NCBI GenBank assembly: GCA_049287005.1
Contig: JBAQEZ010000003.1
Span: 393,745 to 457,744 of the forward strand
Direction: 5' to 3'
Source: Candidatus Moraniibacteriota bacterium
GTDB taxonomy: Bacteria > Patescibacteriota > Minisyncoccia > Moranbacterales > UBA1568
Length of the DNA: 64,000 nt
In this document: piece after piece, positions 49,344-59,600 of the stretch
How the letters are laid out: each line of letters opens with the position of its first letter
How positions within the stretch are numbered: the first letter of the stretch is position 1
Translations under genes and position numbers: made by a program
The notes under the pieces: model-generated
Database searches by the model: none
What the model saw: the letters and a program-made list of their open reading frames with translations, nothing else
What the model was told of the DNA's origin: nothing

Positions 49344-50033
49344 ATGTCACGAGGAAAAAACTACAGCGCGGTGCTGGCCAAAGTAGAGGCCAATAAAGAA
49401 TATACGCCGGAAGAGGCATTCGCCTTTCTCAAGGAGAACAAGCTGGCGAAATTCGATGAGTCTATCGAAGTGCATATGCGCCTCGGAACCAATCCGAAGA
49501 AATCGGACGAAATGGTACGTGCGACGGTCATATTGCCCCAAGGAACCGGGCGCTCCCAGAAGGTGGCGGTGATCACCAGCACGAAAGAAAAAGAAGCCGA
49601 GGAAGCGCAGGCGGATCTGATCGGCGGAGAGGAACTCATCGCTGATATCAAGAGCGGAAAAGTCATTCCTGGCCAAGCTTTCGACGTGCTTTTGGCGACG
49701 CCGGAAATGATGCCGAAACTCGCCTTGGTCGCGAAAATCCTGGGGCCGAAAGGGATGATGCCTTCACCCAAGACAGAAACCGTCACTCCGAAAATCAAGG
49801 AAGCCGTCGAGATGCTCAAGAAAGGAAAAAAGGTGAGTTTCAAGAACGATGATACGAGCAATGTGCATCAGATCATCGGCAAACTTTCTTTTGCTCCTGA
49901 AGCACTGCTGGAAAACTATCAGACACTGCGTGAAGCGATCAACAAGGCCAAGCCGGAAAATATGAAGGGGAAACTCATCAAGTCGATTTCTATTTGTTCG
50001 ACTATGGGGCCGAGCCTGACCATCAAGATGTAG
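49344..50033 (+). CDS. rplA: 50S ribosomal protein L1
   Basis: Aligns to E. coli L1 (KFDESIEVHMRLG...VILPQGTGRS...KILGPKGMMPSPK). Confidence 0.9.
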   Translation: MSRGKNYSAVLAKVEANKEYTPEEAFAFLKENKLAKFDESIEVHMRLGTNPKKSDEMVRATVILPQGTGRSQKVAVITSTKEKEAEEAQADLIGGEELIADIKSGKVIPGQAFDVLLATPEMMPKLALVAKILGPKGMMPSPKTETVTPKIKEAVEMLKKGKKVSFKNDDTSNVHQIIGKLSFAPEALLENYQTLREAINKAKPENMKGKLIKSISICSTMGPSLTIKM

Positions 50034-50187
50034 TGCGAGCGGGCTGCGGGGCGTAGCCCGCTTTCTTTCGGTCAGAGAAGCCGCAATCCATAACGGGTAT
50101 GCGCCCGATTTTACAGGCACTCGCTCGGAAACGGAAGGAAACGTTCACTTCATCGTTTCGTTTGGTAACAAGCTATAAGCTGAATAT

Positions 50188-50766
50188 ATGGTTCTCTCAG
50201 ATCGCGATATTGTCAAAGAAATCAAGGCGGGGGAAATCACTCTCAAGCCTTTCAACAAGGAGTACGTGCAACCGGCGAGCATCGATTTGCACTTGGATCG
50301 ACATTTTTTGGTCTTTGATACGACCAAGAATTTTGTCATTGATCCGAAAGTTCCGACGAAAGATCTTATGAAGTCGGTAGAAATCAAGGGGGATGAACCG
50401 TTTATCCTTCATCCCCAGGAATTCGCCTTGGGACTCATCTGCGAAGAGACGGGCGTGTCGGACAAGCTGGTGGGTCGTTTGGAAGGCAAAAGTTCACTGG
50501 GACGCCTGGGACTTATCATCCATACGACGGCCGGGTATCTCGATCCCGGCAATTCGCTCAAAATGACACTCGAGCTCTACAACGCCGGCAAGATACCGAT
50601 CAAGCTTTATTACAAGATGCCGATCGGTCAGATGGCTTTCGAATACCTCTCCTCGCCGTGTGAGGTTCCCTATGGTCCGAAAAGAAAGAGTAAGTATTAC
50701 GGTGATACCAAGCCTACGGCTTCCAAAATGCACCTCAATTTCACTAAAAAAAGCCTCTCCAAATGA
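50188..50766 (+). CDS. dcd: dCTP deaminase
   Basis: LSDRDI N-terminus, and the QPASIDLHL, GxxxLGRLG and IHTTAG motifs of the dUTPase-fold Dcd. Confidence 0.85.
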   Translation: MVLSDRDIVKEIKAGEITLKPFNKEYVQPASIDLHLDRHFLVFDTTKNFVIDPKVPTKDLMKSVEIKGDEPFILHPQEFALGLICEETGVSDKLVGRLEGKSSLGRLGLIIHTTAGYLDPGNSLKMTLELYNAGKIPIKLYYKMPIGQMAFEYLSSPCEVPYGPKRKSKYYGDTKPTASKMHLNFTKKSLSK

Positions 50767-50848
50767 GAGGTTTTTGTTTGCGGAAGTTGTTTTTGTATGA
50801 GAACATGAGATGTAAGGAGGCTACTTATCCATTTATCATAATGATTCT

Positions 50849-51766
50849 ATGCGTCAATACTTGGATCTTTTGTGTCATATTCAGGAGAGGGGAGCAGTGA
50901 AGACCGATCGTACCGGGACGGGAACGAAAAGCGTTTTCGGGTATCAGATGCGTTTCGATCTGGCTCTTGGTTTTCCTCTTTTGACGACGAAGAAGATGGC
51001 GCTCCGTCCCATCATTCACGAACTTCTCTGGTTTCTCGCCGGTGATTCGAATCTGAAATATCTCGCGGACAATAGCGTGCATATCTGGGACGAATGGCCA
51101 TTCAAGGCCTATCTCGAGAGAACGCACCGAACGATTCCTGAACCCGGCTCTGATGCATGGAAGACGCAACTGAGCGCATTCGTAGAACAGGTGAAGACAG
51201 ATGAAGCATTCGCGAAAGAATATGGAGAACTCGGACCGATCTATGGATATCAGTGGCGCAATTGGCCGGCTCCGGATGGTCGGCATATCGACCAGATCGC
51301 GCAGGTTATCGGGCAACTCAAAAAGAGTCCTGATTCCAGGCGTATGATCGTCTCAGCCTGGAATGTGGCGGATATCGAAGAAATGGCCAAAGCCGGATTG
51401 CCGCCTTGTCATTGTCTTTTCCAATTTTATGTGGCAGAGGGAAAATTATCCTGTCAGCTCTATCAGCGCAGCTGCGACACGTTTTTGGGCGTGCCGTTCA
51501 ATATCGCTTCGTATGCGCTGCTGACCATGATGGTAGCGCAGGTGTGCGATTTGCGGCTTGGCGAATTCGTCTGGACAGGTGGAGATGTGCATATTTATAG
51601 CAATCATTTCGAGCAGGTCAACTTGCAACTGTCTCGCGATCCGTTTCCGCTCGCCAGGATGACGCTCAATCCTGACGTGAAGGATATTTTCGCGTTCCGG
51701 TTCGAGGACTTCACTCTGGAAGGGTATCAGTCGCACGAGGCTATCAAAGCGCCGATCGCCGTGTAA
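50849..51766 (+). CDS. thyA: thymidylate synthase (ThyA, long form)
   Basis: [18 protein letters not shown], the catalytic PPCH region ([12 protein letters not shown]), and [13 protein letters not shown]. Confidence 0.9.
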   Translation: MRQYLDLLCHIQERGAVKTDRTGTGTKSVFGYQMRFDLALGFPLLTTKKMALRPIIHELLWFLAGDSNLKYLADNSVHIWDEWPFKAYLERTHRTIPEPGSDAWKTQLSAFVEQVKTDEAFAKEYGELGPIYGYQWRNWPAPDGRHIDQIAQVIGQLKKSPDSRRMIVSAWNVADIEEMAKAGLPPCHCLFQFYVAEGKLSCQLYQRSCDTFLGVPFNIASYALLTMMVAQVCDLRLGEFVWTGGDVHIYSNHFEQVNLQLSRDPFPLARMTLNPDVKDIFAFRFEDFTLEGYQSHEAIKAPIAV

Positions 51767-51865
51767 AGAGTGCTTTCTCTGCTGTCCGTGAAGAGGAAGG
51801 TTCTCTGAGAACCCTGTGTGGTTTTTGGTTTGAAAGAAAGCGGGAAAAGAGGTAAAATAAGGAGT

Positions 51866-52363
51866 ATGAACGTATTAAAATCGCGTCTCAGTATCATTTC
51901 CGCCATCGCTCGCCAGGACCGCGCTATTGGCAAAAACAACGCGCTGCTTTGGCATATTCCGGAAGATTTCAAGCATTTCAAAGATCTGACCAGCGGGCAC
52001 GCGATCATCATGGGAGAAAATACGTATGTATCGATCGGCAGGCCGCTTCCCAACCGTACCAATATCGTGTTATCGCTCACGCCGGAGTTCGCGCCGGAGG
52101 GCTGTCTCGTAGTTCGTTCGATCGAAGAGGCACTCGAGATGGCGCGGCGATGCGAGACGAAAGAGATATTCGTCATCGGCGGAGCCAGCATTTACAAGCA
52201 ATTCATTCCGTTTGCTGACCGGCTCTATCTGACTCTGGTGGAAGGGAGCTTCGAAGCGGATACTTTTTTCCCCGAATATGCTGAATTTACGCATGTTGTG
52301 AGCGAAGAAAAAATGGACAATGGTACGCATCAGTTTTCATTCGTAATATTGGAAAAGCAATGA
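51866..52363 (+). CDS. folA: dihydrofolate reductase
   Basis: ISAIARQDRAIGKNNALLWHIPEDFKHFK, GRKTYESI-like region, VIGGASIY. RBS AAGGAG. Confidence 0.85.
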   Translation: MNVLKSRLSIISAIARQDRAIGKNNALLWHIPEDFKHFKDLTSGHAIIMGENTYVSIGRPLPNRTNIVLSLTPEFAPEGCLVVRSIEEALEMARRCETKEIFVIGGASIYKQFIPFADRLYLTLVEGSFEADTFFPEYAEFTHVVSEEKMDNGTHQFSFVILEKQ

Positions 52364-52923
52364 GTAAGAAAATAATCTTGGGTATCACAGGAGAAATGGC
52401 TTCGGGCAAAGATACGGCAACGAAATATCTTATCGAGCAGTATGCTGCCAAGCAATTCCGTTTTTCGGATCCGCTCCGCGATATTTTGGATCGACTGCAT
52501 TTGCCTCAGATACGGAAAAATATGGCGAGCCTTTCTCATGCCGTCCGGCAGGCATTCGGAGAAAGCATTCTCGCTCATGTCATCGAAAACGATGCCAAGA
52601 AAGATACGCACGCATTGGTGGTGATCGACGGCATCCGGCGCCTGTCGGATATCGATCTGGTGAGGAAGCTGTCAGGATTCACGCTCATCTATGTCGAGGC
52701 GGATATGGAGCGGCGCTATAAGCGTCTTACAGCGCGTCGTCAGAATGCCGACGATCAGACCAAGACATTCGATGAATTCAAACAAGACCATCTGCTCGAG
52801 ACGGAAATCAGTGTTCCGCCGCTTCGTGTCGATGCGAAATATATAGTGAACAATGACGGGACGCTCAAAGAATTGCATAAGCAGCTGGACGATATATTGG
52901 CTGTACTCAAAAAAGCATCATAG
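52360..52923 (+). CDS. deoxynucleoside monophosphate kinase (phage T4 gp1-like dNMP kinase family, P-loop)
   Basis: GITGEMASGKDT P-loop and C-terminal IVNNDGTLKEL, closely resembling T4 dNMP kinase (LSGVKRSGKDT...ITNDGSLEEL). ATGA overlap with folA. Confidence 0.6.
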   Translation: MSKKIILGITGEMASGKDTATKYLIEQYAAKQFRFSDPLRDILDRLHLPQIRKNMASLSHAVRQAFGESILAHVIENDAKKDTHALVVIDGIRRLSDIDLVRKLSGFTLIYVEADMERRYKRLTARRQNADDQTKTFDEFKQDHLLETEISVPPLRVDAKYIVNNDGTLKELHKQLDDILAVLKKAS

Positions 52924-52930
52924 ACACGCT

Positions 52931-53524
52931 ATGTCAGGAAAAATGATCACGCTCTATGGTATCAACGGTATCGGGAAAACGACCCAGGTAGAGTTTTTGG
53001 TAACCTTTCTTCAGTCAGCGGGAAAACAGGCGAGTCGTCTGAAATATCCGGTCTATGATCTGGAACCGGAAGGGCCATTCATCTACAAGTATCTGCGCGA
53101 CGCGGAATTCCGCGCGACTAACGAACTCTCGACAGAGGCATTGCAGCAAAAGTACGCTGACAATCGAAAACGGTATGAACCGGAGCTGAGGAAAAGACTC
53201 TCGGCAGGGGAATGGATCATAGCGGAAGACTATACCGGTACGGGCATCGCGTGGGGACTGACATGGGGCGCGGATCTGGAATATCTCGAACGGATCAATC
53301 AGGATTTGCTGCAGCCAGACCTCTCTATCCTGATGCACGGTGAGCGCTTCGATACGGCGATCGAGACCGGGCATCGCAATGAAATGGCGGATGAGCGGAT
53401 CCGCATCTGCAAGAATTTCCATGTGCTGCTCGGGGAACGGTATGGATGGGAAAGAGTGTCAGCCAATCAGAGTATCGAGAAAGTATCCATGGATATTATA
53501 AGCATTGTAAAAAATATCGTATGA
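52931..53524 (+). CDS. tmk: thymidylate kinase family protein
   Basis: P-loop LYGINGIGKTTQ, a DRY-like region, and the lid of the dTMP kinase fold. Confidence 0.7.
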   Translation: MSGKMITLYGINGIGKTTQVEFLVTFLQSAGKQASRLKYPVYDLEPEGPFIYKYLRDAEFRATNELSTEALQQKYADNRKRYEPELRKRLSAGEWIIAEDYTGTGIAWGLTWGADLEYLERINQDLLQPDLSILMHGERFDTAIETGHRNEMADERIRICKNFHVLLGERYGWERVSANQSIEKVSMDIISIVKNIV

Positions 53525-53850
53525 ATTTTTCAGAGTATCAAGAGAAATCACGAAAGACAGCTCAATATCCGGATGCTGGAAAGAATTTTATTTATCCGAC
53601 ATTAGGCTTGTCGGGGGAGGCGGGAGAAGTGGCAGAAAAAATAAAGAAGGTCATACGGGATAAAGGCGGAATAGCGGATGACGCGACACGCGAAGATATC
53701 AAAAAAGAATTGGGAGATGTGCTTTGGTATGTCACTCAATTGGCTACGGAACTCGGTTTGACTCTCGATGATGTGGCTGAGAGCAATATCAAAAAGCTGT
53801 ATGATAGAATGGAAAGAGGAGTATTGGGAGGAAATGGAGACAATCGATAA
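53521..53850 (+). CDS. MazG-like nucleotide pyrophosphohydrolase (all-alpha NTP-PPase)
   Basis: EEAGEVAE...LGDVLWY, i.e. the EExxE...ExxD MazG metal-binding motifs. ATGA overlap with tmk. Confidence 0.75.
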   Translation: MNFSEYQEKSRKTAQYPDAGKNFIYPTLGLSGEAGEVAEKIKKVIRDKGGIADDATREDIKKELGDVLWYVTQLATELGLTLDDVAESNIKKLYDRMERGVLGGNGDNR

Positions 53851-55341
53851 ATGAAATCTCGTATGAAATACCAGGTCACTATCGGGATGGAAGTGCACGC
53901 GGAGCTGAAAACCGACTCCAAAATGTTTTGCGCGTGTAAAAACGGACTCGGCCTGGAGAAAGAACCGAACGTGCATATCTGTCCCGTCTGTACGGCTCAG
54001 CCAGGGTCGCTGCCCGTGCCGAATCGTCAGGCGATAGAGGCGGTACAGCGTGTCGGCCTGGCTCTCGGGTGCGAGCTTCGTTTGCAATCGAAATTCGATC
54101 GCAAGAATTATTTTTATCCGGATATCCCCAAGGGCTACCAGATCTCCCAGTACGATGAGCCGTTCTGCGAAAAGGGCGTGATGGAGGTGGGCGGAAAACA
54201 GTTCCATATTACCCGGATTCATTTGGAAGAGGACACGGGAAAATCGATGCACCCGGCTGGCGCGGACTATACGCTGGTTGATTTCAATCGTGCCGGCGTG
54301 CCACTCATGGAGCTTGTGACCGAGCCGGATCTTTCCACCGGCAAGGAAGCGAGTTTATTCTGTCAGACACTGCGTCAGACGCTGCGCTATCTGGATGTGT
54401 CGAACGCTGATATGGAAAAAGGCCAGATGCGCTGCGAGGTGAATATTTCGCTGTATCCGGAAGGAGCGGAACGTTTATCCGGAACGAAGGTAGAGGTGAA
54501 GAATATCAATTCTTTTCGTTCTGTCGAACGGGCGATCGAATATGAAATTACTCGACAAACAGGAATACTGGAAGCCGGAGAAAAGGTAGTGCAGGAAACG
54601 AGAGGTTGGGATGAAGTGAAGAATGTGACGGTTTCTCAGCGTAAGAAGGAATCCGCTCATGATTATCGTTATTTTCCGGAACCGGATATCCCGCCGTTTG
54701 AATTCACTCCGGAATATGTGGAAAAACTGCGTTCTTCAATACCGGAGCTCCCGGCCGCGAAGCTGAAGCGTTTTGTTTCAGAATACCTTTTGCCAGAAGC
54801 GGATGCGGTGATCCTCACGGAGGATCATAGATCGGCGGCGTACTTCGAAAATGTCGCGAGCGAACTGGCAGAGAAAATCGAATCTCAGGAAACCGCAGTG
54901 GAATTCGCGCGCCTGGTGAAACTGGCGGCGAACTATTTTCTCACGGAAGTAAAGAAACATCTCAAAGAAACGGAAGGGAATATCCTAGAGCTGGCTGTCA
55001 CGCCGGAAAATTTCGCGGAATTCATCACGCTGGTGGCGGAGGGAAAAATCAACTCGAGCGCGGCGCAGACTGTGCTGTCCGAGATGTACCAGGGCGGCGA
55101 CAACGATCCCTCACATATCATTGAACGTCTCAATTTGGCTCAGTTGAGCGATATTTCAGAAATGGAAAGCATCGTCGCAAACGTCCTTTCTGCCAATGAA
55201 AAATCCGTAGCCGATTATCGCTCCGGCAAGCAGAACGCTTTCCAGTTTCTCATCGGGCAAATTATGAAAGAAACGAAAGGCAAGGCCAATCCGCAGGTTG
55301 TTTCTGAAATCTTGGAAAAGAAGCTTGTTCTCGAGAAGTAG
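53851..55341 (+). CDS. gatB: Asp-tRNA(Asn)/Glu-tRNA(Gln) amidotransferase subunit B
   Basis: YQVTIGMEVHAEL, CxxC...CPVC, and the C-terminal YqeY/GatB domain. Confidence 0.9.
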   Translation: MKSRMKYQVTIGMEVHAELKTDSKMFCACKNGLGLEKEPNVHICPVCTAQPGSLPVPNRQAIEAVQRVGLALGCELRLQSKFDRKNYFYPDIPKGYQISQYDEPFCEKGVMEVGGKQFHITRIHLEEDTGKSMHPAGADYTLVDFNRAGVPLMELVTEPDLSTGKEASLFCQTLRQTLRYLDVSNADMEKGQMRCEVNISLYPEGAERLSGTKVEVKNINSFRSVERAIEYEITRQTGILEAGEKVVQETRGWDEVKNVTVSQRKKESAHDYRYFPEPDIPPFEFTPEYVEKLRSSIPELPAAKLKRFVSEYLLPEADAVILTEDHRSAAYFENVASELAEKIESQETAVEFARLVKLAANYFLTEVKKHLKETEGNILELAVTPENFAEFITLVAEGKINSSAAQTVLSEMYQGGDNDPSHIIERLNLAQLSDISEMESIVANVLSANEKSVADYRSGKQNAFQFLIGQIMKETKGKANPQVVSEILEKKLVLEK

Positions 55342-55493
55342 TTGTTCAACGAAAAAGATTCCAAAAGTTTTTTAGGCCAGTCTCGACGTCTAGGCGGAGA
55401 ACCGCCTATCAAAATTGTTTTGATATGGTTCATCTAAAATTTTTTGGAATCTTTTATTATTCTTCCTTTTAGGACTCGAAGCATTTTTATCAC

Positions 55494-55615
55494 AAGCAAC
55501 CTCCCTGAAGGTCGTTCGTTCGCCCAGCGGCGAACTTCTCTTATGAACTTTTTTCGATCCGTCGAAGACGACGGCACCATGCTCGAAAAAACTTCAACTC
55601 CTCCAGGAAGATTCT
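55494..55615 (+). repeat. intergenic ~122-nt repeat module, copy 1 (hairpin GTTCGCC-CAGC-GGCGAAC plus T6-hairpin-A6 bidirectional terminator-like stem)
   Basis: About 85% identical to 61193..61317. The second stem differs in sequence but stays paired (ccgtcg/cgacgg here versus ccgtcccgcc/ggcgggacgg in copy 2). Confidence 0.8.
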
Positions 55616-55629
55616 TGTGAAAAAATGCT

Positions 55630-56544
55630 TTAGATATCTTTTTCAATAATTTCGGAAGCTTTCCGTGGATCAGTGATCCAGTGAATTGTGGCGCCTATTT
55701 TTTCGAAACGTTTGAGCCACGTGATCTGCCGTTTGGCGTAATGGCGGATTTCAAAATTGAGGCGTTCTTTCATTTCTTCCTCGGTGATTTTTTTCTGGAG
55801 AACGAGAGCGGCGTATTTGTATTCCAACCCGAAGCTCTCCAGTCTTTTCCAGCTGATACTGCTTGCGCGTAATCTTGCTACTTCGGCAAGCATACCTTGC
55901 TTCAGTCGTTTCTCCAGGCGGACCTCGATATTTTTATGCAGCGTCTCTTTCTCTGGATTGAGGGCAATTATCAAGAATGAGTTTTGAATTTTGAATTTTG
56001 AATTTTGAATCGTTGGAATCGTAGGGACCGTTCCAACCGTCTCGCAGATTTCCAGGGCGCGGATGAGGCGGATCTTATTTTTCGCATCGATCGTCTTCGC
56101 GCGTGTCGGATCTTTTTTCTCAAGCATCGCAAAAAGTTTTTCAGCTGAGAGTTTGCCGAGTTTTTCTCGTAATTTCGCATCAGGCTTTACGGCCGGGAAG
56201 GGATTGTCTTCAATGAGCGCCTGCACCCAGAAGCCCGTGCCTCCGCAGAGAATAGGAACTTTTCCGCGCTTCTTTATATCTCGGATGACTTTTTTGGCAT
56301 CCCGAACGAAATGAGTCACGTTGTAGGCGCGTTTCGGGCTGGCGATGTCAAGGAGCCAGTGTTTGGCGAGTTTCTGCTCGGCGCTGGTTACTTTCCCGGT
56401 ACCGATGTCCATGCCGCGATACACTTGTCTGCTATCGGCCGATATGATTTCGCCGTTGTATTTGCGCGCGAGCATAATAGCCAAATCAGACTTCCCGGAA
56501 GCCGTCGGACCGACGATCACGATAATCTTTGCTATTTTCTTCAT
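55630..56544 (-). CDS. miaA: tRNA dimethylallyltransferase MiaA (contains in-frame TTTTGAA heptamer repeats)
   Basis: P-loop GPTASGKS and the DSRQVYRGMDIGT motif. The repeat encodes IQNSKFKIQNS. Confidence 0.85.
   Translation of the reverse strand: MKKIAKIIVIVGPTASGKSDLAIMLARKYNGEIISADSRQVYRGMDIGTGKVTSAEQKLAKHWLLDIASPKRAYNVTHFVRDAKKVIRDIKKRGKVPILCGGTGFWVQALIEDNPFPAVKPDAKLREKLGKLSAEKLFAMLEKKDPTRAKTIDAKNKIRLIRALEICETVGTVPTIPTIQNSKFKIQNSFLIIALNPEKETLHKNIEVRLEKRLKQGMLAEVARLRASSISWKRLESFGLEYKYAALVLQKKITEEEMKERLNFEIRHYAKRQITWLKRFEKIGATIHWITDPRKASEIIEKDI
55982..56009. repeat. (TTTTGAA)4 tandem heptamer inside the miaA coding sequence
   Basis: ttttgaattttgaattttgaattttgaa seen directly. Related TTGAAAA repeats recur at 56575..56630. 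Confidence 0.9.
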
Positions 56545-56626
56545 AATCTAAAATATAGGGGTACGAAACTTCTCATTTTGAAATTGTGGCATTGTTTGAA
56601 AATTGAAAATTAGAAATTGAAAATTT

Positions 56627-59600
56627 TTAGCCAACGGATCCCACGCCATCGAGGCTCCTTATCTGGACGAGGTGTTCTTCGGTAGGGGCGACGGCGAAGG
56701 TGGTATCGATGACCGTGCCCTGGATTTTTACCGCGATTTTTTGCGGACCGGGTGGGATCGTTTTGAGGAGCTGAGAGAGCAGCTCGATGGTTTTTTCCGG
56801 AGCGTCATTTGTGATCGTGATGAGGAGGCGATCGTTCCTCTCTTCGGCAGGCGTTCCGTGCGTAATGCTTTTCGCTCGCGTGGCTTCAGCTCTGGCAAAT
56901 TGGTGGAGCGTATTTGAGGAAATACGATCGACACCCTCGGCAATACATTTGAGCGTCCCGTCTTTTTGTGAGACGCGCGCGTCCACGATCACTACTTCAT
57001 CCTCGATCCACGAGCTGCCAGTGCGTTCGGCTGTTTTTCCGAAGACCAAGAGCTCCACGCGGCCAGTCATATCCTCAAGTCCGATGAAATACATCGTATT
57101 CTGTTTTTTGGTGAGAATTTTTCTGACATCGGTGATGACACCGCCGATGCGCACGCGGCTGTCATCGGGTTGTTTTTCGAGATCGCGGAGCGGGGTGGCA
57201 GTCCTATCGAAATAGGCCTGGTATTCGTTGACGGGATGATCGCTGACATAGAGGCCGAGGAGTTCTTTCTCCCAGCCGAGGGTCATTTTCTTGGTCGCGA
57301 GCAGGGCGGGGGAGAGCTGGATCTTGCTTGTCGGCATAGTCATGCCGCCGAACAGGCTGCTGGCATGGGTATCAGCGATGGACTTGAGATTTCTGCCGTA
57401 TTGCAGGATGACGTCGATGCTTTCCAGGAGTTGATTGCGTTCCCCGAAACCTTCCAAGGCACCCACTTTGATTAGGGCTTCGACGGATTTCTTGTTGAGA
57501 TCTTTGGTCTTGACGCGCTCGACGAAATTTTCGAGAGAGGCATACTTCCCTCCGCGCTTGCGTTCCTCGACGATTTCTTCGGCGACCACGGTGCCGACAT
57601 TTTTGATCGCGTTCAGTCCGAAGCGTACGCGTTCGACCTTGCCCGCCTCGCCGAGACGAGTCGAGGCTGGGTCATAGCCGACGATGACCGCGAACTCCCC
57701 GAAACTTTCATTGATATGGGGTGGCATCACCTGGATACCGAGCTCTTTGGCTTCACGGACTTCGATGGCGATGCGATCAATATTATCCTGGTCCGAGGTG
57801 AGAAGGGCTGCCATGAATTCGGATGGGTAATGGGCTTTGAGATAGGCCGTTTGATAGCCGATGAGGGCATAACAGGCCGCGTGCGAACGGTTGAATCCAT
57901 ATCCGGCGAATGGTTCGATGAAAGAAAAGACTTTTTCAGCGACAGTTTTCCGCACGCCTTTTTCGATACAGCCATCGATGAATTTTTCCCGTTGTTCGAC
58001 GACGAGCTCTTTGATTTTCTTTCCGACTGCTTTACGCAGCACGTCGGCTTCTCCATAACTGAAACCGGCCAGATCGCGGGCAATCTGCATCAGCTGCTCT
58101 TGGTAGACAGCTACGCCGTAAGTGTTTTGGAGAATCGGTTCGAGCGAAGGGTGGAGGTATTCGATTTTTTTCGTGCCGTGTTTGCCGCCGATGAAATCCG
58201 GGATGTAGTCCATCGGCCCCGGACGATACAGCGCTACCATGGCGATGATGTCTTCGAATACGGTCGGTTTCAATTGCTTCAGGTAGCGTTTCATACCGGA
58301 GCTTTCCAGCTGGAAGACGCCGGTCGTATGCGCTTCTTGGAGGAGTTTGAACGTCAACTCATCATCGATGGGAATCTTTTCTATATCGATATCGACGTTT
58401 TTTATTTTTCGAATGATGCGCAGCGTGTCTTGTATAATGGTCAAGTTTTTCAATCCCAAGAAGTCCATCTTGAGTAAGCCGATTTTTTCAACAGCGGCAC
58501 ATTTGGTTGAGTTGGCATACTGTGTCACGACGCCCACGCGGGTGCCGGAAACACGCTGGAGCGGGGTATATTCGGTCACCGGATCCTTGGTAATGACGAC
58601 GCCGCAGGCGTGCATCGAGGCGTGGCGTACGAGTCCCTCGACTTGCGTGGCGGCATCGATGAGCTTCTTCGCGTCGGCGTTTTCCACGTACCATTGTTTG
58701 AACTCCGGTACCTCCGCCAGCGCTTTGGCGATAGAGGTGAACATGGGAATCATCTTGGATGTCTTGTCGCAGATATCATAAGGAAATCCGAGCGCCCGTC
58801 CCACGTCGCGGATGGCGGCCCGGGCAGCCATCGTTCCGAACGTGATGATTTGGGCGACGTGATCGTTGCCGTATTTTTCGCGCACATAATTGAGCACGTT
58901 ATCGCGGCGGTTGTCAGCGAAGTCCATATCGATATCTGGCATCGAAATACGTTCTGGGTTGAGAAACCGTTCGAAGAGCAGATTGTACTCAATCGGGTCG
59001 AGGTCTGTGATACTGGTGAGATAGGCCACGAAACTACCGGCAGCGGATCCGCGGCCGGGACCGACTACGACTCCGTTATTCTTTGCCCAGTTGACGAAAT
59101 CCTGCACGATAAGGAAATATGATGCAAAGCCGGTTTTCTCAATGACGCTCAGTTCATAATCCATGCGGGCACGCTGTTCTTCAGTAATGCTCTTTCCGGT
59201 GTAGCGTTTGGTGAGACCGATCTCGCAGAGTTCGCGCAAAAAAGCATCAGCCGTTTTCCCTTCTGGCAACGGAAATTCGGGGAGATGGTTTTCGCCGAGA
59301 TGAATTTTGAAATCACAAGCATCGGCGATTTTTTGTGTATTCGTAATGGCTTCCGGGAAATCTGCGAAAATCTTGGTCATCTCTGCTTCCGAGCGCATCG
59401 AAAGGTCGAGAGACATCATGCTGGCACGCTCTTTGTCAGTGACCTTCTTGTTATCGCGGATGCAGAGGAGAATGTCTTGGATGGCGGCGTGCTCTCTTTT
59501 GACATAGTGCACATCGGACGCAGCGACGATCGGGATGCCGGTTTCGCGGCTGATTTGGATCAGGCCTTGGTTGGCGATCAGCTGGTTTTCGTATTCGAAA

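Noticed and set aside
50188-50766. dCTP deaminase as an anti-phage nucleotide-depletion defence gene
   Set aside because: It has standard housekeeping Dcd length (192 aa) with no fused kinase or other domain, and sits in an operon with thyA, folA and tmk. The evidence favours a biosynthetic role.
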